Source: a virus
Strand: one strand, 5' to 3'
Virus record (IMG/VR): IMGVR_UViG_3300027082_000001
Span: 9,613 to 73,612 of that record
DNA: 64,000 nucleotides
A program made the translations under genes and the position numbers. Shown here piece by piece: positions 19,701-28,436 of the stretch. Under the pieces are notes generated by a model. It was not told the DNA's origin and searched no databases. It saw only the letters and a program-made list of their open reading frames with translations. Position 1 is the first letter of the stretch. Each line of letters begins with the position of its first letter.

Positions 19701-21643
19701 TTGGCAGAGACATCCTTAGCCACTTTGGATGCCAAAATCCGACCAGCCTTTGTCCGAAGATCCTTCGGGAGAGAACCAACCACAGAACGAAGTTTCTGGT
19801 ATTGAGCAGCAGCATATGCTGTGTCAGCATTTGAAGCTCGGAACTTCCGAGATCCCATCTTGGCAGTGATCCCAATGATGTTGTCCATCAGAGAGTTGTT
19901 ACCACCAGCCACGTCAGTAAAGCTGGCAGACGGAGTATCTGTATCAGGCTGTGATACGATCTTAGAGACCGTATCTTCAAGCTGACCTGTTTCGACAGCT
20001 TCACGCAAACCTTCGGTAATGTTCACCGCAGCTTTCACAGACTGAGTGACTTCTTTGGATGAAGGACGATTCGCATACTCCTGAACCTGTTCAGAGACTC
20101 GTCCACCCACCTCAAAAGCCCGTGTACGAGCTTTGTTGACCATAGGGGCCACACGGTCCACGACAGGCTTGATAGCAGGCCCAGCGGCTTCAGCAGCCGT
20201 ACGCAGACCTTCTCCGACAGTTCGGGCTGCATTACGAGCACGAGAATCACCAACAATATCCTGACGAGTAGAGTCATTGTAAGTGGTTTCATTAAAGAGT
20301 GCATCGGCTGCACTGCGAGCAGTATTCGCCCCAGCACGAACAGTACCTACAGTAGTGGCAGGAGCACTCATAACACCTGCCATTCCTGCACCTGCGATCA
20401 AACCAGTCGCAAATTCTTCAGGAGCATTTTCAAAAGTATTTCGATTAGGATCTACTTCTTCTTGAATTGCCAAATTACTTGTAACAGTTCCACTGAGTCC
20501 TTGAAGACTTTCTTCTCCAGCCTGAGAAGCAACTGTACGAGTAGATTTAACCAATCCATTACCTACAAAAGAACCAATTGGAGCAGCCTCAAAACGACCA
20601 CCAACAACACCAATACCAGTAGCCATTGGAAAGGACATTTTAAATGACTGCCACCCAGCATCGGCTGCCAACATTTGTTTAGCTTCTTCAGATGTATGAT
20701 TTTCCAGTAAATTTTGATACTGAACTGATGTCTCCATAAGTTGATCATGAGACATATTCAGAATTTCATTGACAGTTTGTGAATACACACCAGACGCTTC
20801 GCTAACACCAACAGAAGCTGCAATTGCTGATTTTTCTACAGCTTTGGCACCGCGTTCAATTAAACGAGTTCCACGAGTCGGATTTATGGCATTAGCAAGA
20901 ATTGCTGCCTTAAATGTGTTTGTACCTGTGACTGCTTGAGAGGCAACCCCAGCAAGTTTGGCACTCGGTCCAAGAGAGCCAATACCTTGAGCAACAACAT
21001 CACCAGCTATAGCAGGATCAGAAGCCAACCGTTCTAGATTATTAAGAGTGCCTCGACCAAACCAACTCAATTCATCAATAAATGAAGAGTCTTTTCCATT
21101 ATCCGTATCATTATTGTATTGAGCCACATTGTCAGCAGCATCAAGTTCTGCTTCAATCAGCGAAAGCTCACGACGATCTTTGAATTCATCAGTATAAAAC
21201 TGATCCAACCAACTAACAGCGTCTTCTGTTTTCTTTGAAGTGATAGTGGCAAGATCTGAAAATCCTGTATTTTCAGGATCAAAATATTCATCAACTTTAC
21301 CAGCACCAGCAAAAAGCAAAGAACCTAAAGAACCAACAGTGTTAGAAAACCCAGACGCCACCCCAATCGCAGTATCATCTAAAATTTCACCATTTTGTCT
21401 TTTTTGTTTTTCAATCCGGTCTACCTCATTTGAGGTGTAATACTGACCCATGGAAGCAAGATAACCTTCATCTCCGTACTTAGCACGAATCTCCAAGTCG
21501 TTCATCGACCGCATGTCTTGAATCAGTTCATCTTCGTTTCCGGTATTCCGGTTTCGAGAGACTGCGACTTGTTTTTGGAATTTGGGATCCCAAAGACGTT
21601 GAGCGATCAATTCGGCTGCAAGAGTTTCGTCGCGTTCAGACAT
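10760..21643 (-). CDS. virion-encapsidated RNA polymerase (N4 vRNAP, gp50-like)
   Basis: 3627 aa; T7-family motifs SKGGRH, A: EMDGKTNG, B: RETAKNPVTKVNYGS, C: IHDG; no Cys seen by eye, as in N4 vRNAP. Confidence 0.97.
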   Translation of the reverse strand: MSERDETLAAELIAQRLWDPKFQKQVAVSRNRNTGNEDELIQDMRSMNDLEIRAKYGDEGYLASMGQYYTSNEVDRIEKQKRQNGEILDDTAIGVASGFSNTVGSLGSLLFAGAGKVDEYFDPENTGFSDLATITSKKTEDAVSWLDQFYTDEFKDRRELSLIEAELDAADNVAQYNNDTDNGKDSSFIDELSWFGRGTLNNLERLASDPAIAGDVVAQGIGSLGPSAKLAGVASQAVTGTNTFKAAILANAINPTRGTRLIERGAKAVEKSAIAASVGVSEASGVYSQTVNEILNMSHDQLMETSVQYQNLLENHTSEEAKQMLAADAGWQSFKMSFPMATGIGVVGGRFEAAPIGSFVGNGLVKSTRTVASQAGEESLQGLSGTVTSNLAIQEEVDPNRNTFENAPEEFATGLIAGAGMAGVMSAPATTVGTVRAGANTARSAADALFNETTYNDSTRQDIVGDSRARNAARTVGEGLRTAAEAAGPAIKPVVDRVAPMVNKARTRAFEVGGRVSEQVQEYANRPSSKEVTQSVKAAVNITEGLREAVETGQLEDTVSKIVSQPDTDTPSASFTDVAGGNNSLMDNIIGITAKMGSRKFRASNADTAYAAAQYQKLRSVVGSLPKDLRTKAGRILASKVAKDVSAKAEKLDLNRNPEEADVTTTVNVAKTNPANVNPDVADKILEESGEDLTPEEARYVRVASKIGRIVNRNLEKQVEIRTNENINLTQASRPKKRDLTVEGVSRQIHAEGKTDNDLKAKYRSINDFARDILSAVQSGEQTGAYPADATVINQKGEVVPVRQVTQQMSNFAQHMKNKVQALNDSVAESFTNKKGLREGVKKDYEGLVNGKFQSSSLGSNNLRGVFYSPDNPNSVAFAQQVAQDQNDLIEVYNTLRKEFPETFENMPAIEPVSLTPADTVNESEQPTGVEESSDPKGEEATSTSEDVDYSKIPQRVLMLAREGDLNRSQLTNKERKAMDNAGIYPNSDENYNVHLLEDIAQDRIQNKEWDPNVSLFIANNEKNSDQDRETQAKEIWENLSQERKEGELSEAFPNLSDNTIEKAAKRSWDQIPQSRKIQLIDQLLGENPTADEEVSDSENGVDETGATATDATTTGEELGTDTEDTSTSDGGDTAEGSTFPEIKDYPLYDGNASEIPNGLYRLETHVPEVPVNLLNRNPENLSDADLETVYDYLALQTSADEFHGGNYPDNVKPENTLEWSKKRGYSERSRNLYSKWLQFAEEYINRVGIDDAAGRQMWLEEQYQTGRKIYNTGVVEINNEAGLGETTGTTPVVTHPMLDEHYETRKTEAPLNSISDLENAEFNPEHVSVVRELLPELAETMNKRLKEHVRNGGRYKRVIDFIKDGLVQFTQFQAGTFVNPETKQYDNRIMDMAAIVITDFIATANPIDPNKLDDTLEDLGTTINEIDESMLKNILNSVPVSQLKDQLADDFIRLMNLKPNEQSAEADLQGIAQGFAAELLTALQKMKIVEFLKIESKEQYTYDVINPDTGEKSTVTETAFADSIKVNTTRLKELQDRIRSSTQKGVPNTVREKVFNEKREMYSIGKKIKHVPSYQDRGNVSLSELERNAIKQEQNIPHYVNEARLKLLEALGDGPLMRMLGWIPDAENMTHVILRKSAIGKNASIDKNIRDVVNLVGSLEGDVSQPIYYPIAISKGGRHHHQGPNAQTNKLLRMLATPTWNTLSFASKNDMDEFWLGVGQATGLIKPEMIDQEAHIKNIQEDFAEDFGPAVVMIKELLEEGSFDADAFATVVGIVDPEVLGAIESVASMEIAKENGESEFRMSQSFEMDGKTNGAANMMVNFGHGLFTPDEWENLKRVGLYLGKKGMTLNDYFKDKTNVDLYQTVSKVGDRMMALGGHRLKPWQKEQRAAAQRLAASIGNFEIVKNSDGTYTYKMTRETAKNPVTKVNYGSGVMGVAIGVADDMLLAFYEKLQTLTEETTIDDVFYAGFEQDMATMGLKLPQEYDENFVFPKEQVENFRKSIMFTIGRVLTDSTREVLGNRIQELNDMLVLSTNIQNRYLQKLFDRRVEQLAEHLANEGKIGRNKKGVPIHGQIPRAEWKKLEEELSQLGPIFVSDDQTLAIGGFQKKLTTFKFSSNFNERLKQPARMRRPDDVGVKAIPYIVIGTGDAMMMNLIFGSKDAPNDVLGIHDGVDVPVGKIKQYAPYVNQQVLKSWDRDVLAMPIMNFEGFLNSISDPDLLQEAESEVIGDFKKETVQTSNAADLLEQMQRRLRENRARKKVMKQMAVSVDQMGGSDVGFTRDGHEWDFHTVNQRIEREMEGRDPDAQEQVKTPVRVLTGKAVLENTRWTEAQKKVVGILKPLMGETRVVFGTLDQLNKWRGEHVAQDGVVLKAKGQYDAANDIVFMTTATGETLLHEMVHAATYNKVLAHYKGETNPAVERLEALMAQFMELDGEKKIREAQAAINRRLVKNTPVANANALNEFMAYALSSSQVRQKLEGTQANILASMKNKVIQLLRRVMGGVPSDMFSQVVFNTRVLNATPVDNGGNGSGGDDGGDGGPSESSGPFGEFTNYWIQNIKDYMAGLAETQDPKLMKTSLDLARAKRVLENLRQAGMLRNNKDKATFKAIYGIVLSDMKLNSNALIGLTKIFGHIEDNLSPEMFGTDSEAGNTYSAVLNALRESKEPSHAVAVLFALSQTSEKFRNALDQIPAPESGPVGDGSLNDFLTKTAAFTMQKLTGSMETNKVPADVLATVAGTIIDHDVEREFRVLKKATETLTAADEYVSGKFTQSADLMRAKNREVQASIRSDTQKYLVAAATFATNYLDKPGTDLTNKAAKRVTHMGIPFLSLVPIRELVSEMVGTDAQNKNVVALLDRVNASVSGMRQAFRQDLPVILDRSFKEAPTKEQWTSMFQTLAKTDFSRMVDLENMKGSMRFMEESGARHAEMQRIETQLQQSLSGSNFQAAIEKGRQLAAYMNGQSVGKLLVRNAYAIGKNLEGDVDQATIDLLDRWITLEAVDKMDSQTREETVRLWQEDPVGILGIVAYLQQLNEAEEAKDISEQARLNGYKGYIPNEGAKNVHITVALDEAEGDMERKGYKKLNISYTGETDSIFPRSYYVSTVRRQGIYSQGVVQNVAMTYRGVDVNTGLTVTGDTAGFISGEDGAIQRIMENQLDESVELENDQEALMPVFGPDGDIIGFERSISQEMIDTHMGRDENLAVMLGAWQGRQVEESLADQYNKQLADELKNIWDNREAGEEATFIDLSKTDDPIYKDSWSLIPQSTKLYMENLFGDDGVMVPKSMVNLSVGYREFSLADMWSGKTRLPKALQATVKGVSERFLGTKAMRILTGGEEILQDTVSTAKDWILIRSLVVPSVNLQANIVQLASRGVPVKTIQKSFRRKLAEVEEYNKNRTKIIELDAKKMLLARNDKQRQIIDDKIKVLEDLNQKMSIAPVLAAGAYKQLVEGLTEMDVEVSSGRIGEYMEAMANKVHPKAGDLAGVGLVSKSTQIYHVANRATQYGDFLAKSIYYDHLIEQGLSEDKALTQMNEEFVNYSVLPGRSRSALEGYGMLWFMAFKLRITKIAMQQLRDNPVRALAVNSALDVGSPVGDNIFTVIGENRLGYATGLGMMFNAPELNPWYNLMNR

Positions 21644-21717
21644 GATATGACACCTTAGAACAGGATTTGTGTGGTTCCTGCTCTAAGTGGCATAATACTT
21701 ATAAACAATCAAGAGAG

Positions 21718-23820
21718 TTAGCGAGATTGCCTGCGACCGTTGCCCCACGGGTGTCCGGGGGCGCGTGGTGCAGGTGCAGGAGAAGATTCTTCTCTGGCAG
21801 TCTCAGGGACAATTTGTGGATTCGGACGCTCAGGTTCCTCATTAGTTTTCTCAGATGTATCTTTTGAGAGTATTGCTGCATCGTTGATCAAACGATCCAG
21901 ACGTTTGCTCAGGTTCTGATAACGCGAATCATCAGTATTACCTGATGCTTCGAAACGATTCATCTGACTGAGAATCTGACGCTGTTGTAATGCGTTCTGT
22001 TCAAGACGGGTTTCAAGGATCTCAATTTCGGTACGAGCACGATCATATTCAGCCATTCGTTCAGGTGTCAGTTGGTCCGCCGCAGCCTTTACCGCAGCTT
22101 TATCAAACTGATTTCTAAGAGTGTTGAGAGTCAGGTCATTGTCGTACCAAAAGCTCGAATACGGATCATCACCCGGATCAGGATTGTAGACATCACGCAT
22201 TGCCACAGCAACGACAGCAGGTTCTACTTCCATATCAACCGCATACTCATTAACCAGACGACGCAACATCTCCGGACGATAACTTCCAAGAGTTTGAGGA
22301 TCTTCCGGAATACCCAGATCTGTTGCCAGTTGCAGGTGAGGTTGTTCAGCCTGACGATAGCGTTCAACATCCTGCATTGCCCGAAATTGATCATTACCTG
22401 CCAGATTACGATTGGCTTGGGTAATGGCATTCGTCAGAGCTTCATTGATCACAGTATTTTGTGCTTCAGTGGTTCGTCCACGATTGAATTCTGCACTCAT
22501 CGCAGCACTTGATTCGATGTTTTTAATAGCATCAGCAGCCAAATCAGTAGCTTTAGATGTGGAATAGTCTCCACTATCAATCAATTCCTGTCGAATTGCA
22601 GCCTCAGCACTGGCTGCATCACCCGGAATGAAATTATCAGCAGAAACTACGTTCTGCGTGATGCCAGTAACCAAATCAGCAGTATATGCTGCACGTTGAC
22701 TGTCAATTTCACCTTGCCCTGCAACCGCTGCATCACGAATAGGATCAATCTTTTCAAGAATTTCTGGACCACTGAAAAGCCCAGTTTCAATAAGATACCG
22801 AGCATAATCAGAACCACCTCGATTAATCGCAGTAGGCTGAAACCCACTTTGTTGAGAGCCAGTGGTATTTCCAGCATGAGTACGAGCGTAGTCAGAAAGA
22901 CTGGTTCCATTGTCATCAGCCGGGTTGTATTGACCACCGGACTTTAGATACTGACGCATACCATTAAACCCACCAAGGTGAGCCATTGCGACCATACCAT
23001 CACGAGTGATTTCAACACCCCCAATGTTCTGTCCAATATACTTTTCCAAACCATTGGAAGAGATACGATCCTGAATGTCACCGAAGTGCCAGTCTTCAGC
23101 AGCGATCTGAGCACGAATAGCTTCAGGAGTATCTTGACCAAACTGTTCAATGGTCATGTCCGGAGGAACAACACCAGCAGCTTTTGCTTCTGCAAAGCGA
23201 GCACGACCAAACTGAACACGCCCAAAGTGACCTTTACCACCTGCACCTTCAGCGTTGTTACGGGCAGCAAAGTTCCCACCTGATTCAGTCCGAACCAAGG
23301 AAGCAGGAGCAAGACCTTTAGTGAAAGCATTCTGTTCACCTGTAACAAAGAGATCAGCCCCTTCACGCAGTGCATCACGACGTTCAAGAGTATCTGCACG
23401 ATTTTCGTTTTTCCAATCAAATTGAGTAGCTTGGCGTCCTTCAGCAGCAGCGGCTCTCCCATCTGCATTCCATGCACGGGTATTTTGATCACCAGCAATC
23501 TGCATACCTTGACGATTTTGAGCATAGTCCAAGACGTTGCCTTGATGACCCAACATAGTATCCAGCAGGCCAGCAGAGACATTACGGCCATTCAGACCGC
23601 CACTTTTGAACCAAGCATCCAGTTCTTCTTGGGTGTCGATTCCGGCAAGTTCTTGTGCCACTTCCGCATCAAACTTTGATTTCTGACCTTTATCATACGA
23701 CTCCAGAATCCCCTGAGCAGCTTCACCTGCTTTGTTGATTCCACTCTGAGCCGTGGATAAAAGGCCAGACACGTTTGGAGACGCGATCTGAAGTGATTTC
23801 CATCCGGGTCCATATGCCAT
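21718..23820 (-). CDS. virion ejection protein (gp51 position) with lysozyme/transglycosylase-like domain
   Basis: LVRTESGGN...GHFGRVQF...AMAHLG lysozyme-fold pattern; directly upstream of vRNAP. Confidence 0.75.
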   Translation of the reverse strand: MAYGPGWKSLQIASPNVSGLLSTAQSGINKAGEAAQGILESYDKGQKSKFDAEVAQELAGIDTQEELDAWFKSGGLNGRNVSAGLLDTMLGHQGNVLDYAQNRQGMQIAGDQNTRAWNADGRAAAAEGRQATQFDWKNENRADTLERRDALREGADLFVTGEQNAFTKGLAPASLVRTESGGNFAARNNAEGAGGKGHFGRVQFGRARFAEAKAAGVVPPDMTIEQFGQDTPEAIRAQIAAEDWHFGDIQDRISSNGLEKYIGQNIGGVEITRDGMVAMAHLGGFNGMRQYLKSGGQYNPADDNGTSLSDYARTHAGNTTGSQQSGFQPTAINRGGSDYARYLIETGLFSGPEILEKIDPIRDAAVAGQGEIDSQRAAYTADLVTGITQNVVSADNFIPGDAASAEAAIRQELIDSGDYSTSKATDLAADAIKNIESSAAMSAEFNRGRTTEAQNTVINEALTNAITQANRNLAGNDQFRAMQDVERYRQAEQPHLQLATDLGIPEDPQTLGSYRPEMLRRLVNEYAVDMEVEPAVVAVAMRDVYNPDPGDDPYSSFWYDNDLTLNTLRNQFDKAAVKAAADQLTPERMAEYDRARTEIEILETRLEQNALQQRQILSQMNRFEASGNTDDSRYQNLSKRLDRLINDAAILSKDTSEKTNEEPERPNPQIVPETAREESSPAPAPRAPGHPWGNGRRQSR

Positions 23821-23830
23821 AGTCTATTCC

Positions 23831-24301
23831 TTACAAGCTGTGCTGGTCGATTTCACCCTGAAGCTGGTCTTCAGAGCGTGTACCCGTCGCATAACGACCA
23901 CGAATACGATCTTCCAGAGAGGTGTTGTACGTCTGGGTTTGGTTTTCAAGGTTCGTATCCCACTGTTCACGCGCAAAAGCCATCTTTTCTTTGGCCATCT
24001 TGTGAGCTTGGAAACTGGACCACAGATTTCCAAGAACCTTCACACCACCCAGAATCAAACCAGCACCACCATCCTTCGACCAGAAGTCATCTTTTGACCA
24101 GAAGTTATTGGCTTCTCCAGTTTGAGCATCAACCTGTGGAGTATCGGGAGCCTGAACCGTGACATCTGCAATAGCAGGAGCACCAACTTGAATGGGTTGT
24201 CCCAAGCTCAAACTATTTGCAGCAAACCCAGTCGTTCCCAATTGAGAACCATTGGTTGTTGCATTGTTGTAATTCCCAAAGGAAAGTTTAGGTGTGGTCA
24301 T
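23831..24301 (-). CDS. virion structural/ejection protein (N4 gp52-like)
   Basis: 156 aa; YNTSLEDRIRGR motif; synteny. Confidence 0.8.
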   Translation of the reverse strand: MTTPKLSFGNYNNATTNGSQLGTTGFAANSLSLGQPIQVGAPAIADVTVQAPDTPQVDAQTGEANNFWSKDDFWSKDGGAGLILGGVKVLGNLWSSFQAHKMAKEKMAFAREQWDTNLENQTQTYNTSLEDRIRGRYATGTRSEDQLQGEIDQHSL

Positions 24302-24304
24302 GGC

Positions 24305-27031
24305 TTAATTCCTCGGCAGTGTACGGGCAATCGTCACGTATTCATACACCATGTTGTGGGTGAGTTCTACGATTTGAGTCCCAGTCATTGTTGTTCGACG
24401 GATGTACTGTTCTGCGGTTTCCGGGAGGTATCCACGAGAATTGCCACGTTCTTTTGCCCTTGTAAGGAACATCGGATTGAAATTCAAATTACTTTCACCA
24501 TCCAAGCCGTCGATTAGATCTTGGATGTAGTCCATTTTCTCCTCGTACTCACTTCGATCAGCTTCCAAATCAGATTGCATCTCAGCAATATCACCTTGAA
24601 CCCACCCCGCATAACCATTGGCCAGAGCATTACCTAAACCAAGAAGACCTTCTGCGCTGAAGAGCGATGTACCAGAAATGGCCGCACCCAGAGCAAATCC
24701 AGCAATAGCAGAAAACAACGCACCCCACTTCTCCCCTAACAACTCGGTCCCAACGATCTTGAGAACCTCTGCAATGATGATCGACGCGATGTAGTTGGCC
24801 ACAACGCCCGCCACAAGAGCGGCTGTACCTGTCAATCCAAGGGCCGTGCCAACGGCCAGATTCCCTCCCAGAATCCCGCTTCCAGCAGAAAATGATCCCG
24901 GAAACACCACAACTGCTATGATGATGATTGCAATAACCAAAAGGATTTTGAAGATCCCTCGCTGATACCACTTTTGTTTTGTTACCTCATATGAGTTGAA
25001 CAGGATGTGCGAGTTTGCAGTACAAAGCTGCGTGTAGTCGATGATGTTCATTTCCAACATGGTTGGATAATGTAGCGGAACCAAGAAACCAGATTCCTCA
25101 TCATCTTCCAAAGCTTGTTTAGAAGTGATTGTGACAGCTTTCCCACCATAGATGTAGTTCTGAGAAACCAGTCCCCAAATGGTCAGCACACGATAAGTGT
25201 TGTCGTCGATTTGACGATAGATCTTCATCGACGGAATTGAGTTAGAAAGCAAACGAGTCGATTCGTCATCCCGAGTATTGTACGATTCTTCAACTTGCCA
25301 TGTTACATCAGGACCAACTTCCATCTTACAGTCTTTGATACGAGACTGAATTTCGGAAACAACTTCAAATGTCCCATTGAACTGTTCTTCTTCGATATGA
25401 ACCCACGATAAACGATAATCAATACCAATCGAATCATCTCGAAGACGGATCGTAGTTGTAGGGGGTGGATCCAAGGAAGGAATTTTCGGACGAGGAGGAA
25501 TGTCCTGCCACCAGTAATTGAAATTTCCCCCATCTTGTTGGCCATATTGAGACAACCAATTTTCAAGCTCTTGTTTGGCTTGATCATATGCAGCAATACG
25601 AGTTTCGAAATCACTCATTACAGACCCTGAGCCAGAATCCTGAAATGGAATCATCTTCTTGAAAAAATCATAGGTGTATATTTTTGCTGAATTATCTTTG
25701 GCATTCAGGGAAGTACCCCAGCACAGATACGCATAGTCAATGTCGTCGATAGACGGATTATCTTCAACAGTCTCAACCAATTGCCCAAAACGTTTGCCGG
25801 AAAATCCTCGACGATAAATCGCTTTATTCTCTTCTAACAAATCAGCATACTGCGGTTCTTCAATCGAGACATTGTCAATCCGAACAGGAACAAATGGAAA
25901 GAATTCCTGAAAACTAGACGCATCTATATCCGAAACCAAAGTATCGAGATTGGTATTTCCAGTCCCGATTTCATAGATGAAGATCTGTTCTGGACCATAC
26001 TGCTCACCAATAAACAGATCCTGAGTGTCATATCGAGTCGTCCAAGACTCAACGACTTCTTCTCCTGTAGTAGTTGAAGTCTCTGTACGAATTACCCCAT
26101 CACCAAGATCAGTCGTCGTCACTACTGTATTACTATAGGTATTAGCGACGTTATCAGTTCCGGTGAAGTTCCAGATCTGACGCTCACCTTGCATTTTCAC
26201 TCCATTCTGCTCAATGGTCACGTCACGTTGATAGATATCTTCAGACGTGTTGAGAGTGTCAGCAACATCAGCATCCACTTCGTCTTCAATGGTTTCGTCC
26301 GGATCTCCATTGTTGTAGCTGTAAACTGTGGTTCGGGTACGTTGAAGAGTCACGTTCGTGAACGTGTTGGTTTTCTGGATCTCGTTCCAACTAGAGACAT
26401 CAGGAAGGGAAGTGACACCTGTTGTTAATGTACCTTCCACCAGATCTGCTTCACTGGAGGAAATAAACTCAATATACTTCGCAATGACATACTGTTTCTG
26501 GGAACTGAAAATAGGTCCGACAGACCCATCATTATCCCATGCAAAGAAGTCATTGTTTGGGAACTCAACCGAAAAGGTATCAGTGCTGGGTTCATATTCT
26601 CCAAGCCAGTCTTCACCAATTCGTTCTGGATAGTTTCCCAGAATCCATTTCTCAATCCATGGTTCGAAATCTCCATCACTGACGAAAGAGTTATATGCAG
26701 AGATTTCCAACCCTGAACGTGCTGAAGGAACAGAAGTCAATGGAATCTCAGCCGCCACTGCTGCTGAATCCAAAGGAGCCGTGTTCACAATCGAAGTCGT
26801 TGGCATGATGGAATAATTCATCTGCTGACAGTATCGAAAGAACTGAAGCTGTTTCTGTCCCGGACCATTGAAATAGGCACCAGTCAAATCTTCGGCCAGC
26901 GATGGAGCATCTGCCATCACTGAACCGAAGATAGTCCCTTTCAGGAAGTCTGGACGGTCATCCTCGTCTCCAGCCATGTTGTACAATGTACTGGAGACGG
27001 TGATGATCTTCTTTGAGGAGAACAAACCCAT
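24305..27031 (-). CDS. structural protein (N4 gp53-like)
   Basis: MGLFSSKKIITVSSTLYNMAG start; C-terminal hydrophobic helices after KWYQRGIFK; synteny. Confidence 0.85.
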   Translation of the reverse strand: MGLFSSKKIITVSSTLYNMAGDEDDRPDFLKGTIFGSVMADAPSLAEDLTGAYFNGPGQKQLQFFRYCQQMNYSIMPTTSIVNTAPLDSAAVAAEIPLTSVPSARSGLEISAYNSFVSDGDFEPWIEKWILGNYPERIGEDWLGEYEPSTDTFSVEFPNNDFFAWDNDGSVGPIFSSQKQYVIAKYIEFISSSEADLVEGTLTTGVTSLPDVSSWNEIQKTNTFTNVTLQRTRTTVYSYNNGDPDETIEDEVDADVADTLNTSEDIYQRDVTIEQNGVKMQGERQIWNFTGTDNVANTYSNTVVTTTDLGDGVIRTETSTTTGEEVVESWTTRYDTQDLFIGEQYGPEQIFIYEIGTGNTNLDTLVSDIDASSFQEFFPFVPVRIDNVSIEEPQYADLLEENKAIYRRGFSGKRFGQLVETVEDNPSIDDIDYAYLCWGTSLNAKDNSAKIYTYDFFKKMIPFQDSGSGSVMSDFETRIAAYDQAKQELENWLSQYGQQDGGNFNYWWQDIPPRPKIPSLDPPPTTTIRLRDDSIGIDYRLSWVHIEEEQFNGTFEVVSEIQSRIKDCKMEVGPDVTWQVEESYNTRDDESTRLLSNSIPSMKIYRQIDDNTYRVLTIWGLVSQNYIYGGKAVTITSKQALEDDEESGFLVPLHYPTMLEMNIIDYTQLCTANSHILFNSYEVTKQKWYQRGIFKILLVIAIIIIAVVVFPGSFSAGSGILGGNLAVGTALGLTGTAALVAGVVANYIASIIIAEVLKIVGTELLGEKWGALFSAIAGFALGAAISGTSLFSAEGLLGLGNALANGYAGWVQGDIAEMQSDLEADRSEYEEKMDYIQDLIDGLDGESNLNFNPMFLTRAKERGNSRGYLPETAEQYIRRTTMTGTQIVELTHNMVYEYVTIARTLPRN

Positions 27032-27043
27032 ATGGAAGTCTCC

Positions 27044-28396
27044 TTACAAGTTGTTGTTCGACTTCACGTTGCCAAACACACTAGAGACATTCGACTCAGA
27101 GAATTCAGCAGGAACTGGAACACCGATATCAAGAGTTTTCCGAGTGATCCACGAGTCCAGATACATCTTCGCAGTCTTGTGCTGTGCATCTTTAATGAAC
27201 GAGTCGATCTGTTGATCATACAGGTCTTTTTGCTTTCCAACTGAACCTTCGACAGTGGCTCCATCACTCCGAGTATCCAGAGTTTTAGCACGTTCTGCTT
27301 CAGTTTGTTCCTCAGTGAATTTGATCTGCTCACCAACCAGTTCGACCTGACGAGGTAGCGTGTTATCAAGGTTGTAATCCTTGATGTCAGCATCAGACAC
27401 GAGATTCCGTTTCTGGAGTCCAATGACACCAGAGACCGGAGTGAGACCATCCACACGAGTGTCCAGAGTATTTGCCCGCTGAGTTTCGATCTGTTCTTTG
27501 ACAAGACTCGTTTCAGCAGGTTGACGCTGGTTGAGGATGTGCTGTTGTTGCGCCAGTTCGACAGGCAGCATGTTGTCACGACGGAACTCTTCAATATCCG
27601 CAGCTACCGGAACAATCCGATCACGTTGCAGCTTTTGAAGATCCGCCTGAAGCGGCTGGAGAACTTGATTCTCATATTCACTGATGGCAGCCTGTGCAGG
27701 AAGGATCCGATCCGTCTGAAGCTCATTCATGGCCACAGTGGAAGGCATCACAGCAGTACGTTCGTAGTGCGTGACAGCAAGATCAGCAGGTTGTTGGTAG
27801 TTCCGCTGGAACTGTTTGATCGCCACATCAGCAGTCACAGAGTCGTGGTTCGCTTCTTCTGTGGCAATCTGCATCTTGGTCAAACCATACTGAGCAGCAG
27901 TCAGGTTCAACTGGAAATTCGCTTGAGCAGCTTCGATCTTGGTTTTCTCAAGCTCCACCAGAGCCTGAGTTGCTTGGATCTCAGCAATACGGGCCTGCAT
28001 CTGTGCAGTCACAGCAGCCCATCGTGCTTGGTCTTTCTGGAGAGTAAAAGAGACAGCTTGTCCCATAACTTGGTTTGCAATAGCCGTATAGACCTCTGCA
28101 TACTGGGAACCAGTAAGACGATTCCCTTTGAACTCCCGTTCAAGGTGTTTGTCCATGGCTTGCATGAACACATCAAAAGCACCCGGACCTTCCAGAGTAC
28201 CTTCACCAGCAGTTACTTCTGCAATAGTTGCACCAACAATGTCTGAATAAAGATTTGAGGTTTGATCTGGAGTGATATCAAATTTGGAATCACTGAAGTC
28301 AGGAGAGGCGGGGATCGTAATCCCCGCCGTCAATGTGGTGAACAAATCATTCGCCAACGCAGACGAATTATCGGTGTTTACAAATTCATTGCTCAT
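27044..28396 (-). CDS. structural protein (N4 gp54-like)
   Basis: GAFDVFMQAMDKHLEREF, GSVGKQKDLYDQQI motifs; synteny. Confidence 0.85.
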   Translation of the reverse strand: MSNEFVNTDNSSALANDLFTTLTAGITIPASPDFSDSKFDITPDQTSNLYSDIVGATIAEVTAGEGTLEGPGAFDVFMQAMDKHLEREFKGNRLTGSQYAEVYTAIANQVMGQAVSFTLQKDQARWAAVTAQMQARIAEIQATQALVELEKTKIEAAQANFQLNLTAAQYGLTKMQIATEEANHDSVTADVAIKQFQRNYQQPADLAVTHYERTAVMPSTVAMNELQTDRILPAQAAISEYENQVLQPLQADLQKLQRDRIVPVAADIEEFRRDNMLPVELAQQQHILNQRQPAETSLVKEQIETQRANTLDTRVDGLTPVSGVIGLQKRNLVSDADIKDYNLDNTLPRQVELVGEQIKFTEEQTEAERAKTLDTRSDGATVEGSVGKQKDLYDQQIDSFIKDAQHKTAKMYLDSWITRKTLDIGVPVPAEFSESNVSSVFGNVKSNNNL

Positions 28397-28436
28397 CGCA
28401 CTGATCTCCTTGTTTTCTCAACCCGATATAGCGGGT

